A stretch of DNA of 46,531 bases from Macrostomum lignano. Taxonomy: Eukaryota. How positions within the stretch are numbered: the stretch's first letter is position 1; each line of letters starts with the position of its first letter. The translations under genes and the position numbers were made by a program. This document shows positions 11,720 through 23,661 of the stretch, one piece after another. A model generated the notes under the pieces. The model had not been told where the DNA came from. It was given only the letters and a program-made list of their open reading frames with translations, and did not search any database. Where the stretch lies: NCBI GenBank assembly GCA_002269645.1, contig NIVC01004424.1, forward strand, positions 1-46,531. The letters run 5' to 3'.

Positions 11720-11886
11720 CTCAATTACCCCAGCTAATGCCAGTACAGCTGGGTGAACTGCAGCAATGCAGAGTTAAGCAAGTGTCTTGCTTGCTTAAGG
11801 ACACAAACTGTTTCAGTGGGATCGAGAATCGAACCCCCAACCTTCAAGTCGCGAGTCCGACGCTCTAACCACTAGGCTACAATCCC
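11720..11886 (-). mobile_element. tRNA-derived SINE
   Basis: The minus strand starts gggattgtagcctagtggttagagcg (A-box) ... ggttcgattc (B-box), followed by tgtgtccttaagcaag...acacttgcttaac...cacccagctgta, which resembles invertebrate SINE central domains. Confidence 0.75.
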
Positions 11887-14800
11887 TTTTTTGTTTGTTG
11901 AATAGGGATTTAACCCCAGTGATACATTTTTGTGACCCTGCTTTTTTTAGCTACCGTCAGCCACGCGGTTTACCGTACTCTCTCCTCAACCCGTCAGCTT
12001 TTTTTCCTCTGCAGCAGCCAAACTGACATGTTTGTAGCCGCGCCTTCTAGCCGCACCAAAAAGTAAAACCTATGCCCTAATGATAATTTTTATCAGAAAC
12101 TATACTTCTAGATGATCTAGAAGTAGATTATGATCCTAAATGAATGCCCCAAAACTTTTTTTGATGTTCGAGAAAAATTAGGAGTAAAAGTTTGTTTTAG
12201 GGCGGCTGAAGGGCCGCAGGCTGGAAGGGGGCTAGAGAATTTCATATGCATTTCAGATGTTAAATTACATATTTTACTCGTAATGGATGGCCCAACCGAT
12301 TACAGAAAGCAAATAAGTGAATAACCCCCAAATAGGATAACGACCGAAGTGACACCGTCACATGTTTCTATGGCGACCTAGCGTGTCTGATATTTAATTT
12401 AAGGCACGCAAATATTTAATTAACTATTTTTTGGAACGCACTACACACATGTGCATGGCTCTAATGAAGTGAACTGAATTATTTAACCCTGATCTACTGA
12501 AAAGATCAGAAAAAAATACTTCTGTCAGTACCTCTTAAATGACAAGCAAGTACACAAGTTAGGATATGCTACAAATGAAAAAAAAGAGTCAGAAAAGAGC
12601 TCACTGGTGTAGCTAAAATATATGAAGTCATGAATAGCTAAAACAGTTATGCAAACTGAAACAGACATATCAGCAGTGTAATAAATCCGCTTTTCTTTTC
12701 TTTTGTTTATTCATTTACTGTCTTTTTAATTTCCTATTTAATTAGCATTTAATTAATATTTAATTAGTTTCCTATCTAATACCTATTTAAATCGTCGCTA
12801 TTCGTTTAACGTAAATTTCTTTCGAAGTTCGTTTTTGTTCATTTTTCGTTCGTTTTTCACGCTTTGAAATATTGCGCGCTTGCAAAATACTATATCTTTT
12901 TACAAAAAACGCTCTTTCAAATACCTTAATAATTTTACAAATATCGTAACTCACATCGTAACTCGTGTAAAAATTTAACCTTTTGAACAAATTTAACCTT
13001 TTGAACTTAATCGTAATTAAACAACTAATGCTAAAATAACTTAAATACACAGAAATATACTGGCCAAACAGGCTTCTTGCCTGAGCCAACTTACTACTAC
13101 TACTACTACAATGATGTCAATTTTAAATTTTTTGTATGTCACTTTTAAGCCTACATATGAAGGTACAATATTAATTAAAAATTAATGTCAGCCTACTGCT
13201 AGTGTTAAATTTAATACGATATTAACCTTACCATCTAGCTTTGTCTGTGCGTCAGTCAATCTTCGTTTATATCACTAGACCTACAGAATCAGATAGGCTC
13301 GGCTGGGCCTGGGTCTATAAATTTGAATATTATGTTTCGATTGAATTGTTGTCAAATTTTACTGGTGCTCATAAATACGTCTACTCAATAAATTGTTTGG
13401 TTTTCAGTTTTCATTAATAATTCAGTTTTCTGTAAAAGTTGACATCATTGTGTAGGTTTAAAAACTAAATCATAAAAATTCTAAAGATTCCTAGGCCTAT
13501 AATAAGCAGCATGTCATGCTAGTGTTTGCCCTTGCCTTTTTGTACATTGTGTATGTTCTCTTGTTTATTATGTGCATTTCCCACGATTTTTATGCAGTAA
13601 TTGTGTGTAACTTGTATTAATTATTATTTGCTTCCAGTTCTTTACTTTATTCTGGTTAACTTTACATGAATTTTTGCCTATTACAATTAATGTCTTCAGC
13701 TTTTTCTTAACAGCTGCAGTAATCTTTGTAAATTGAATTTGTTTTGTATTAGTTGCTTTTTGGTATTTTTCTCTAGCACTGCACTTTATTGATTATTAGT
13801 CTTTTAGTGATCGCTGTAGTGTTTTTGTGCAGCATTCTTTGTGCTTTAATATCAATTTGAATTCATTTCTGTCTTTATATTAAAATACTTTTCAAAATGA
13901 AGCTTTAAATTATGCCGTGAAGTGATTTTAATAGGCAAGCTATATAAATTTAAATTAGCTATCTGAATGACTTGAAATAATTTTTATTCATTCTTTAAAC
14001 TTCAAGGACTTTTCTAGAGACAAGTTTAGTTGTTTAGCTAATTTATGTTTTAGCCTATCAGGACTCAGCACAGAAGCAGCCATTCAGAAGCAGTTGTGGC
14101 ATGCAGGAGACAATTTGTGCAGTCTATCTTAAGAAACACTTGTGAAATCTTATAAGATCCTTAAAACTTTCTTGCGAAATCTTGTCAGATCTTATCAGAT
14201 CTGCAAAAAAACTTCAAGTCAGATCTTATATTCTCTTAGCAAAAATCATAGGAAATTTTAAGTAAGATCTGTCAAGTTTGCTCAAGTCATTGTCAACTAG
14301 GGATTGTTGTTGAGCCACAAATGTCTGGGTAGGTTATTTGGTTGTTCTCAAGTTTAAATACACTTATCAATAAGATATGTGCTACCGGTTTTGAACTTAG
14401 AGTTGATTTTGTGTCCTTAACTCGGGTTGTATTTAACAGTAGAAAGATCACACTGTTTTTCCCCATGGGGAAAGACCACGGGGTGTATTACAAATGCACA
14501 CGACCCATTTCACGATAGCTCGCAAACCGAATTACTGATTTTCGTAAAATTCCACGATATGGATCAAAATTTTCGGCCTTTTCCGACGAACTAACTTTCA
14601 AAGTCATCCAACGTCACATCCGTCGAGATATTCAACGATTCTTGTCGAAGACACTGGTGGCAAGGACAACCAACACTACACTGTATAAACCTTTATTGTG
14701 AATCCATATTGGCTCAATAATCTGGGTTCATCTGTCTTAGAGCGTAGAGGCCTTTGTTCTCAGCATACCAGGCACCAGGGCCCCCTTCATCTCCATCTGG

Positions 14801-15579
14801 AGCATCGGCGGCGACCGTCGGGACCTTCAACAAAAGCACCCGATTGGCATCTCAGAGACGGCTGCGTTCCCAAAACTGAAATGGAAGAATCCTCTTCTGC
14901 ATGCAGCATTCAGTCAGTAGACATAATCAGTGAATGAAATGGACGATGGTGACCCTCTAGGCTGACCTGTAGACATACAGGCGACCTTCGGGACCTTCAA
15001 CAGTGCCACCACGCGGCCCCGACGAGCTGACACCGCCAGCATGGTGATTTTTATATCAAGGCATGTCATGTCTGCACATTATGCAATGGTCCTGCACCAT
15101 GTTCAGCACTGGTACACTGGACGACCTTCGGGACATTCAACGGAGTGCCACCAAGAGGGCCAGACAAGCTGGCACCCCCACCATGCTGAACATAGTGCAG
15201 GACCATTCTTCTAGTCTTTCTATTGTTAACTGTCTTGATAAACTTTCTTACTATCCCTGTGTGCTCTTTTGAATAATGTAGTCATTAGAGTTGTTCTAGT
15301 TGTCAGTTAATTTCCTTTTTTATTTTTTTAATCAAACGTTTCCAAACACATAAGCATTTATTGTTATTGGTTACATCTCTTGGTTTAGTTGACTTGGCTT
15401 TATCATTTCTTTGATTTATTATTTATTCCGAAAGATTTTGCTTGTAGGCTGTCAATGACGGTGGCTCCCAGTTTCTAAGATTTTTTAACGACGTTAAGGA
15501 TTCTGTGTTGTAATTAACTAACGCGAGTTCATTTTTAAAGACTGATAACAGCTCCCTCAAAGAGTAGCTTGAATCCGCC

Positions 15580-16740
15580 GTCTGCAGATCCCCATTAACC
15601 CATCTGCAGATCCCCATCATTCCATCTGCAGATCCCCACCATTCGATCTGCAGATCCCCACCATTCCATCTGCAGATCCCCACCAACCCATCTGCAGATC
15701 CCCACAAACCCATCTGCAGATCCCCATTAACCCATCTGCAGATCCCCACCAACCCATCTGCAGATCCCCATTCATCTGCAGATCCCCACCATTCCATCTG
15801 CAGATCCCCATTAACCCATCTGCAGATCCCCACCAACCCACCTGCAGATCCCCACCAACCCATCTGCAGATCCCCACCAACCCACCTGCAGATCCCCACC
15901 AACCCATCTGCAGATCCCCACCATTCCATCTGCAGATCCCCACCAACCCATCTGCAGATCCCCACCATTCCATCTGCAGATCCCCACCAACCCATCTGCA
16001 GATGCCCACCATTCCATCTGCGGATCCCCACTAACCCATCTGCAGATCCCCACCAACCCATCTGCAGATCCCCACTAACCCATCTGCAGATCCCCACCAT
16101 TCCATCTGCAGATGCCCACCATCCCATCTGCAGATCCCCACCATTCCATCTGCAGATCCCCATTAACCCATCTGCAGATCCCCACCATTCCATCTGCAGA
16201 TCCCCACCATTCCATCTGCAGATCCCCACAAACCCACCTGCAGATCCCCACCAACCCATCTGCAGATCCCCACCATTCCATCTGCAGATCCCCACCAACC
16301 CATCTGCAGATGCCCACCATCCCATCTGCAGATCCCCACCATTCCATCTGCAGATCCCCATTAACCCATCTGCAGATCCCCACCATTCCATCTGCAGATC
16401 CCCACCATTCCATCTGCAGATCCCCACAAACCCACCTGCAGATCCCCACCATCCCATCTGCAGATCCCCACCACTCCATCTGCAGATCCCCACCAACCCA
16501 TCTGCAGATGCCCACCATCCCATCTGCAGATCCCCACCATTCCATCTGCAGATCCCCATTAACCCATCTGCAGATCCCCACCATTCCATCTGCAGATCCC
16601 CACCATTCCATCTGCAGATCCCCATTAACCCATCTGCAGATCGCCATTAAACCATCTGCAGATCCCCACCATCCCATCTGCAGATCCCCACCATCCTATC
16701 TTCAGATCCCCACCATCCCGTCTGCAAATCCCCAATTCCC
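15580..16740. repeat. 22-bp minisatellite ccccaccattccatctgcagat, about 52 copies, partly in a 198-bp higher-order repeat
   Basis: Direct repetition. The variant gatgccc recurs at 16001, 16111, 16309 and 16507, the last two spacings being 198 = 9x22. Confidence 0.95.
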
Positions 16741-17044
16741 CGACAAGGACAACTGAAGTTACGTTATTTAAGTTGTCGTTGTTCCCCGACCCTATCCCAT
16801 TCCATCTTTTATGAAAAAAACCTACATAGTGACTGAAATAGTTTATAAACACATATACCCATGACTGCTAATATAGTTAGTGAATATGTAATTATGTAAA
16901 CTATTTTATATTGTCATTAAGTTGACTTTAAAAGCATTACGATCTGATTTAGATATGATGCTCCCTCCTTTTTGACCACCTGGTAATTAAAAGCATTACC
17001 TTATTGCTTATAGTCTACATATTAAATACGCATGAAAAAGTTTG

Positions 17045-17061
17045 TACTTTTTTATTTCCAG
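17045..17061 (+). promoter_or_regulatory. Polypyrimidine splice acceptor (cis or trans-splice) upstream of the ParB-like ORF
   Basis: tacttttttatttccag| lies 46 nt upstream of aaaaATGgcg at 17108. Confidence 0.4.
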
Positions 17062-17229
17062 CATCAATAGCTGCAAATATTTTCATTCCTTCGATAATTT
17101 ATGAAAAATGGCGGCTGCTGCAGCTTCTGAATCGTCTACCGGTACACCTGAACAAATAAAAGAACTGCGTAACTGGCATGGCAGTCAGAACAAAATGTTC
17201 GTGAACACCCTCCGACGGGTGCATATACA

Positions 17230-17970
17230 ATGTACAACATTTCGGATTCGAATTGGGAAAGAACTTACGCTATCGATTGGTTGGAAGCAATTTTGAAATT
17301 GAAAAGAGAAGGCCATTTCTACATTGACTCATTTAAATGGGTAGACGTGCTAAAAGTATACCACTTCGATACAGAAGACCGAAACAAGCCAGCAGATCCA
17401 GCAAGACGAATAGCAGAGCATGATGAAAGTTTCGAAAAACTTAAAAACCGGGTTGCTAATCAGGAAGAAATCCCTCCTGTTAAACTATATCCTTCTACTG
17501 GCGAGCATTCGGACCAGTATAGTCTAATTGATGGAAGGCACCGGATTGCTGCCGTTCACCATCACGGATATCAATTCATTTTAGCTCTAGTGGAGGACAT
17601 TCCATCGACGGATATATCAGAGATGACACTGCTGTTGACTAAACAATATCAATTTTGGCTCGATTACTCATACGTGTGCTCAGTGGCGCTTACGATTGGT
17701 GAGGAAATTCTTAGAAAATGTAGGATATTAGGAAGGGATGTCGGAATTTTACCAAATGAAACAGAAGTAACTGTTAATGTGTGCAGTCGTAACTGCGAGA
17801 ATAAGTTTCGCATTAAGTTGGCTCAAGCTGTGGATAATTATGACCCGAAGAAAGCCGAAAAAATTCAAGTCTTCTTTGCGACGTGCAAAGGGTCTGCCTG
17901 GAAATTCAGCTGTGATTCTGTTGAAGGAGTGGCTAATAATCTGGCTTACAATATATGCAAAAAAGTTTAA
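17230..17970 (+). CDS. Intronless protein with ParB/sulfiredoxin-like N-terminal domain (246 aa; possibly ~287 aa from ATG 17108 across a 1-nt indel)
   Basis: IPPVKLYPSTGEHSDQYSLIDGRHRIAAV matches the ParBc core P.I.V...Y.(L/I)IDG.HR..A. The 741-nt ORF is open within AT-rich surroundings. Confidence 0.7.
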   Translation: MYNISDSNWERTYAIDWLEAILKLKREGHFYIDSFKWVDVLKVYHFDTEDRNKPADPARRIAEHDESFEKLKNRVANQEEIPPVKLYPSTGEHSDQYSLIDGRHRIAAVHHHGYQFILALVEDIPSTDISEMTLLLTKQYQFWLDYSYVCSVALTIGEEILRKCRILGRDVGILPNETEVTVNVCSRNCENKFRIKLAQAVDNYDPKKAEKIQVFFATCKGSAWKFSCDSVEGVANNLAYNICKKV

Positions 17971-19365
17971 CTTAAGGTTGTGTGGCAGGTGTAGCTGTGC
18001 TTAATGTTCTACCCTAAAAGATCCCACCGATTTGTCACCAAGATGTAGCAGGTATGATTTTACTTATTTGTTCTGTCTCTAAGCTATGACTCTTTCTTGG
18101 CAAATTCCTAAGTTCACTCGATTTCTTAGAAATCTCGTGGTAGCTGTGAGTGTCCGAGCGGTAAGACACTGTCTAATTCCCTAAACTAGTTCGAAAGTAT
18201 TGCGTTCTCCGAGGATCAAGGGTGTCCAGCGGCAGCTATCCCACTAAAAATTTTAACCTACTAATACCTTTACGGTTTGTAAATCCTAATGCCTATAATC
18301 ACCTAGCGCCTAATGTGACTATTAGCCTGCACGGCTTTCTTAGGGTGCTCACGATCTCAGTAATTCCCTACTTTCAAGCAATTACTCTGGGTCTCCACGA
18401 TCTCAAGTTTCCCTATTCTGGGTCTAGATGTTGTGCAAATATATTTTTATAGTTTAGTTTAAAGCCGGACTAATAAATATCGAGGTTTCCTTTTGCAGAT
18501 GGGTTAATTACATAAACTCTGGTCGTATGAATGTATGCGCTGCTAAAATGCTCTAAATACAATTATTTAATGCTTATAATCAATGTTAAACTGTGTCCAT
18601 GGTATTGCGCCCAAGGACTTACTCAAGTAACATATATATATAGTTGTCCTTGATTGAGCCCTTGTTTTTTGTTAATTATCTACTGTTGTTATGTTGTTAT
18701 GTAGGATTTTAATGTTTTTTTAGTTTCTATGTAAATTTTTTCAAATTTGTACTTATCATTTATTTTATTAATTTAACTATCTTTTTGTTAATTGTTTGTT
18801 TTTAATTGGTTTCTTAGGTTTAAATAAACTATTTCTTGTTAAAATTTAAATTGTACTTTTCACGCGATTTTCTTAATTACCCTTGCGTGTACGAGCTACT
18901 TTAGTCCGTGTCACCAAATCTATTAAAACAAACAAAAAATCAATTAAATAAGTTCCAACTCGTACGTTGATTGTTAATAAAAATAAAATAAAACTCTAAA
19001 ATGTAGTGTTCTTCGTTTGTTAGTTATTCTTCTGGCGTCACTGAGAAGCTTCTTGATACTTGTATAGGAAGTCCATAAGGCTCTCTCATTTTAACTGCAT
19101 AACTGCATAACTATACTGTATCTATACCCATGCTACGCTTTGCAAACTTTTTTACTCCTAACGTAAAAGATAAAAATTAAAGCAACGATTAGCACTTAGC
19201 TATTCACTCAGTCTAAGTATCACGATAATAATTACGTACATGTACGTGTGATAATTAAAGTTCAATTGCGATTTGCAGGATGCATATTGCAATCCCCGTG
19301 CAAAATTTAAAAAAACTTTCGAGCAATACACTTTCAAGAAAATATCCCTACCGAAATTGCTACAA

Positions 19366-20326
19366 CAAAACAACAACAACAACAACAACAAAATACGCGA
19401 CCCAGCATGCACAGTCACAGTTAGAGCAGGGCGCGTCAGATGGCGCGCCGCAGAGCCTGGGAGCGAACAAAGTCCGCTTCGTTGGCAGTGTCGGGCGCCC
19501 CAGCGTCGCACAGCAGGCAGTCCACGTATCGACGGGTTCGGGCCTGACCCCGCCTGAACGGGCCCTGCAAGGTGAGCAGCAGGACGTCCTGAACGGGTTG
19601 GGGGCAGTAGCCCTCGGCCCGGATCACGTGACCCGCCAGTTGAGGTCGCCGCCGGCGCAAAATGATGGACGGGCGCTGCAGCTTGGCCCGATCGTACAGG
19701 ACCTCGATCCCGACGCTCTCGTCAGCTCGAAAGGCCGCACGGAGCAGCCCTGAGTGCTCCGAGTCCAGCTGCCGCTCCAACGTAGCCGTCAGCGTCCACG
19801 TCTCGGCGTTGTATTAGCAGGACGGTTTCGACCACTGCCTGCCACAGCCGAGCCCTCTGGTGGTCGGGCAGCGCTTCGGACTGGAGGACGGCTGGGATCG
19901 AACGAAAGGCCGCCCAGGCAAGTCCTCTGCGCCGCCGGAGGTCCTCTTCCACGTGGGGCACCAGACCGCCGAGGTAGGTGAACCGCTGGCAGCGTGCGAG
20001 CCTGGTCGTCTGCCCGTCTGCGCCGCGGCACGTCAGGTCCGCTGGAATGTCGGCCGGCACAGTCAGCACCTCGGTCTTCAGCGTGTTGACGATCAGACCG
20101 ACGCTCGATGCCACCTCGACCAGCCTGTCGATCTGGCGCTGGGCGCCTTCAACGGACGAGGACAGGAGGGCGAGGTCGTCGGCGTAGCCAAGCACGCTTA
20201 GGCGCTTTTCGCCGTGGCGGTGACCGATGCGTCTGCGCAGCAGGAAGCCGTCATTAGCCGAGGGGAGTCCGAAGCACCCAGTCCAGAAGCAGCACGAAGA
20301 GGAACGGCGCTAGCGTGTTCTGTTCT
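19366..20326 (-). mobile_element. 5'-truncated RTE-like LINE (RT C-terminal half) with (TTG)n tail and 13-bp TSD
   Basis: TLAPFLFVLLLDWVL, LGYADDLALL, RFTYLG and LLYNAETWTL (with one frameshift near 19810). Tail caacaacaac at 19366-19390. TSD gaaattgctacaa at 19353-19365 and 20327-20339. Confidence 0.9.
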
Positions 20327-20653
20327 GAAATTGCTACAAAAAGGCAATTCAATGTTCATATTCAACACGAAACTTCTAAAAATTTGAGAAACAATTCGCT
20401 TGCAAGAATCGCGAGATTTTCGTGGTGTCCAATTGCAATTCTTGGTAATTCTGCGCAATTTTATTTGTCTAGTGTTGTCACAAATTATGAGGAAATATTT
20501 TTACAGAGGCTTAACTTATAATTATAAATTATGATCATGCTTTACAATATATAGCTTATACATTAAACTCGTTTTCATTACATTATACATTATCAGTCAG
20601 GTACATGTCACAAAAGCGCCAATATGTTGCATGTACACTATACAATGAAGAGT

Positions 20654-21231
20654 CTAACAAATGCCTCCAAGACTTAACGAAAGCTCATATTCCATGCCGC
20701 CGCCACTGTTCAAGTGCTTGCCCAGCTGCAGAGGATGGTTAATCTCAGTTATCTGTCGCGGCCACTCAGTCTTGACAATCCTGATGGAGCTGTCCGCAAT
20801 TACTCGTCGTGGCGGCAGCTCGTCGAACTCCATGGATCTCTCGCCAGCTTTGAGACAGTTAATCAAGCCGCCAAGTTCTTTGTCCGTCTGTATGTGACCT
20901 ATCCGTGTACCGTTGTCGATGATAAACATCAATTCGCCGATGTACAATTGGACAGTAGTGCGACTATACTCTGTAGCTGCGATGGTGACTTTATGAATAG
21001 TTAGCCACCACCATTCGATGTTGTCTGGGCACAGAAAGTCAGCAACTGCTACAGCTGGAAGTAATTGAAGACAGCCCAGCAACACCAGCAATGGACAGGA
21101 GCCGCACAATGCAAGCTGCACGATTTTAGTAGGCTGGAATGTTGTCACTGATATATAATATATTGCATTGGTCCATAAATATATTTGAATTCTACCCAAA
21201 AAATCAGCACCAAAAACGCTATACTTACCAT
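20654..21231 (-). CDS. Secreted-family member A, ~160 aa; exons 21231-21229 (ATG) and 21133-20654
   Basis: ATG|GTAAGT donor and attccag| acceptor, phase 0. Hydrophobic signal LLVLLGCLQLLPAVAVA, then CPDNIEWWW and C-terminal LGKH...MEYE...GGIC. TATA-like element upstream. Confidence 0.75.
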
Positions 21232-21280
21232 ACCAAAACGGCAAATGAGTGGCAATGAGAAACTTGCGTCTATGAAGCGA

Positions 21281-21293
21281 CTTTTATATATAT
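21281..21293 (-). promoter_or_regulatory. Probable TATA box of secreted gene A
   Basis: Minus-strand atatatataaaag about 50 nt upstream of the ATG at 21231. Confidence 0.5.
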
Positions 21294-21639
21294 CTACTGA
21301 TAAAGGTGGAGTGGTATACACTAGAGCGATGTCGAATTCATAAATAAAATTTGTCTAATCGATTGTCTATGGCTTTTGTACGAGTACATTGTATCGAATG
21401 TACTTGTCATATGTGCGTCTAGAAATATCAAGCAAACCTACGTTGACCACTAAAGTTCCACTAAAAGTGTTGTTGTAAAAATTTATCTCGAAAAAAATTT
21501 CTCTTGTTCTCTCTTCTTTCAAAGTCGTTTCGAAAGAAACAGAAAGCAAATATAATCAGTTTATGTTAGACTTCAACTTAGTTCGCAACACAGCTTATAA
21601 AACAAAAATTTAGAAGCAAAAAAGCAAAGTCTCGAAGGA

Positions 21640-23073
21640 CTAGGATTCCGTGTAAATGCGAAGAAGAAATTCCAATCGCTTGCCATTCAGCGGCGATTCA
21701 GTCTGTGGCACCACCGTGTAATCACCTGGCGGCAGGGACACGCGGAACACTACCGAGCGCTGGTTGTCTTCGGGGTGTTGAGCCACCTGGTACACGGGTC
21801 GCCTCAGACAGTTAGCCCCTTTATAGATGTCAACAGCTTTGACAGAGAATCGTCGCTTTTCTAGCGGAATGTTGCGCTGCCCCGGCTCTTCCAGACTGAT
21901 CACAACGGTGGCAACTCCGTCCTGATTGCTTCCATCGCAAAAATTTGTCAGGAACGTGTTGTCCTCGAAGAATTCGTCAATTTTTTGACCTGGATACCAC
22001 TCTCCGTAGATGTACTTGCCGTTCCACTCGGCTCCCGTCACGCCGTTGTCCAAATTTCTAGCCAAATGCAAAACTGTCAGGAACTCGAAGAACTTCATAA
22101 AGTCGGACAGCTCCATCCAGTTCTCACCGTCGTCCTGCTTCACTAATCCAGCTAGCTTCATCTGCTCGGGCGTCCACCTGGGATCATTGTCGTTCCATTT
22201 GCCGCGCCATTCAAATTCGCTTAGCGGCCCCCAGGGATTGCAAATCCGGATCAGATCCACCAGCTTGCCATTGTGTGGGATCTGCACTGTGCCTGTGACG
22301 ATGTATTCGTGACCGGACGTCAATCCGAGGCTCTCGAGGTTTTCGCCCAGAATTTCGGTGTGGGTAGCCGCACCAGCGGACAGTTTTTTTGATAGGCAAT
22401 ACTTAATGTTCTCCAGCACCTTTGCCCCGTCCTCCCGCTTGAATGGGATCAACTCGCACACTCCACCAGTGAGGTCGGCCATGGCCTCCAGCTCGAGCCC
22501 GCCAATTAGAGACTCATAGCATCCGTGCAGCTTAGCTAGCGCCTTCTCCAACAGGCAGACCCAGTACTCGCCCTCGTGCGCCGCGGCGTACACAAGCTGG
22601 CCGTCCTTGGTCGGCAGTCTATCGTCCACCATGATCTCCACTTCGCGTCCAAATGGTCGGAAGCGGAACCGGAAGGCGCCGCAGTAACCTGCACCGCTCA
22701 GTGTCTGGTCAGGAAGGATGACCTGGGACAGTAGGTCCGGTCTCTGCGTGATGGCAGCAACAGCAGCCAAGATCCAGCAGTTCTCCAGTTCGCCTTGATT
22801 TATATCAAATCGAGAGAAACCATCTTTGACGAACTCCGGGTCAGCGTCGAGTTCTTTAGGTCGCAGCCACTTGTAATTGAGCTTCTTGTGAGCATAAGTT
22901 AGAGAAGTGTCGTCGGCCGGAAATTCCGGATCTTCAAACAGCCTTTTGCTAGCTCGAAGCTCCCGGATTATCTCATTGTTCTTTTCAACGTTCAGAGTTA
23001 TAAAATTAGTCGTTGACACTCGAAATTGAGAGCAGCTTGCAGTAGAAGGTCTCCAAAACGCCTCTTGCTGCAT
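21640..23073 (-). CDS. Intronless atypical calpain (CysPc + domain III, no penta-EF-hand), predicted active; ~477 aa from ATG 23073
   Basis: FEDPEFPA, DINQGELENCWILAA (Cys), VDDRLPT, WVCLLEKALAKLHGCYESL, GHEY (His), ICNPWG (Asn), and a C-terminal EFLLRIYTES typical of the end of domain III. Confidence 0.9.
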   Translation of the reverse strand: MQQEAFWRPSTASCSQFRVSTTNFITLNVEKNNEIIRELRASKRLFEDPEFPADDTSLTYAHKKLNYKWLRPKELDADPEFVKDGFSRFDINQGELENCWILAAVAAITQRPDLLSQVILPDQTLSGAGYCGAFRFRFRPFGREVEIMVDDRLPTKDGQLVYAAAHEGEYWVCLLEKALAKLHGCYESLIGGLELEAMADLTGGVCELIPFKREDGAKVLENIKYCLSKKLSAGAATHTEILGENLESLGLTSGHEYIVTGTVQIPHNGKLVDLIRICNPWGPLSEFEWRGKWNDNDPRWTPEQMKLAGLVKQDDGENWMELSDFMKFFEFLTVLHLARNLDNGVTGAEWNGKYIYGEWYPGQKIDEFFEDNTFLTNFCDGSNQDGVATVVISLEEPGQRNIPLEKRRFSVKAVDIYKGANCLRRPVYQVAQHPEDNQRSVVFRVSLPPGDYTVVPQTESPLNGKRLEFLLRIYTES

Positions 23074-23661
23074 GACGTTTGCCAGCAAAACTACTAATAA
23101 AATCTGTACAAAGATTAGAAAAAGAGAAGATTATCTCTATTCTCTTTTGAATCAGGGCCGGGTCTTCTTGAACCCGAGTTCCAAGTTATTTGCACATTTA
23201 AATGGGTAAAAAATAGATTTTTCACTGGGAAACCGTATAGTCTATGGGAAAAGTCAATCAATTCTATGCAGTAGAACATACGTCTAAACCATTTTAAAAA
23301 TAGCAAAAAACACAAAATATGAACATAAAATAAACGCAGAGCAAATCAAGTTTAGATGGTGTGAATTGATCACATCCCAGATTAATGCGAGTATAGATTT
23401 ATTGATATTGCAGAATACACCAGGTACAATAGTACGACCTACATTGTATAATTGGCTACATTGTATAATTTACCAGCTACGAGTATATCTGTTACTGGAT
23501 AAATTAGCTCTAATGTTAAAGAGCAACTTTGTATTTTAACCTTTGCAATAACCTTTGCAATTCACAGACTGTGACAAAAACAAACGAAACCGATTTTGAT
23601 TCTACGAAGTTAGATTGAACGATTTAAACAAAAGGCGTGCATATAGTCGTGTATAAACAAT

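Noticed and set aside
11815-11886. tRNA gene
   Set aside because: It has A/B boxes but no convincing acceptor stem and continues into a SINE-like body, so it is called a SINE head.
17530-17552. Calling the ParB-like ORF sulfiredoxin
   Set aside because: It lacks the catalytic Cys of the GCHR motif and has DGRHR instead.
18150-18245. Other Pol III box-like words (also near 6650, 34415, 38820)
   Set aside because: Isolated A- or B-box matches without a complete tRNA or SINE structure.
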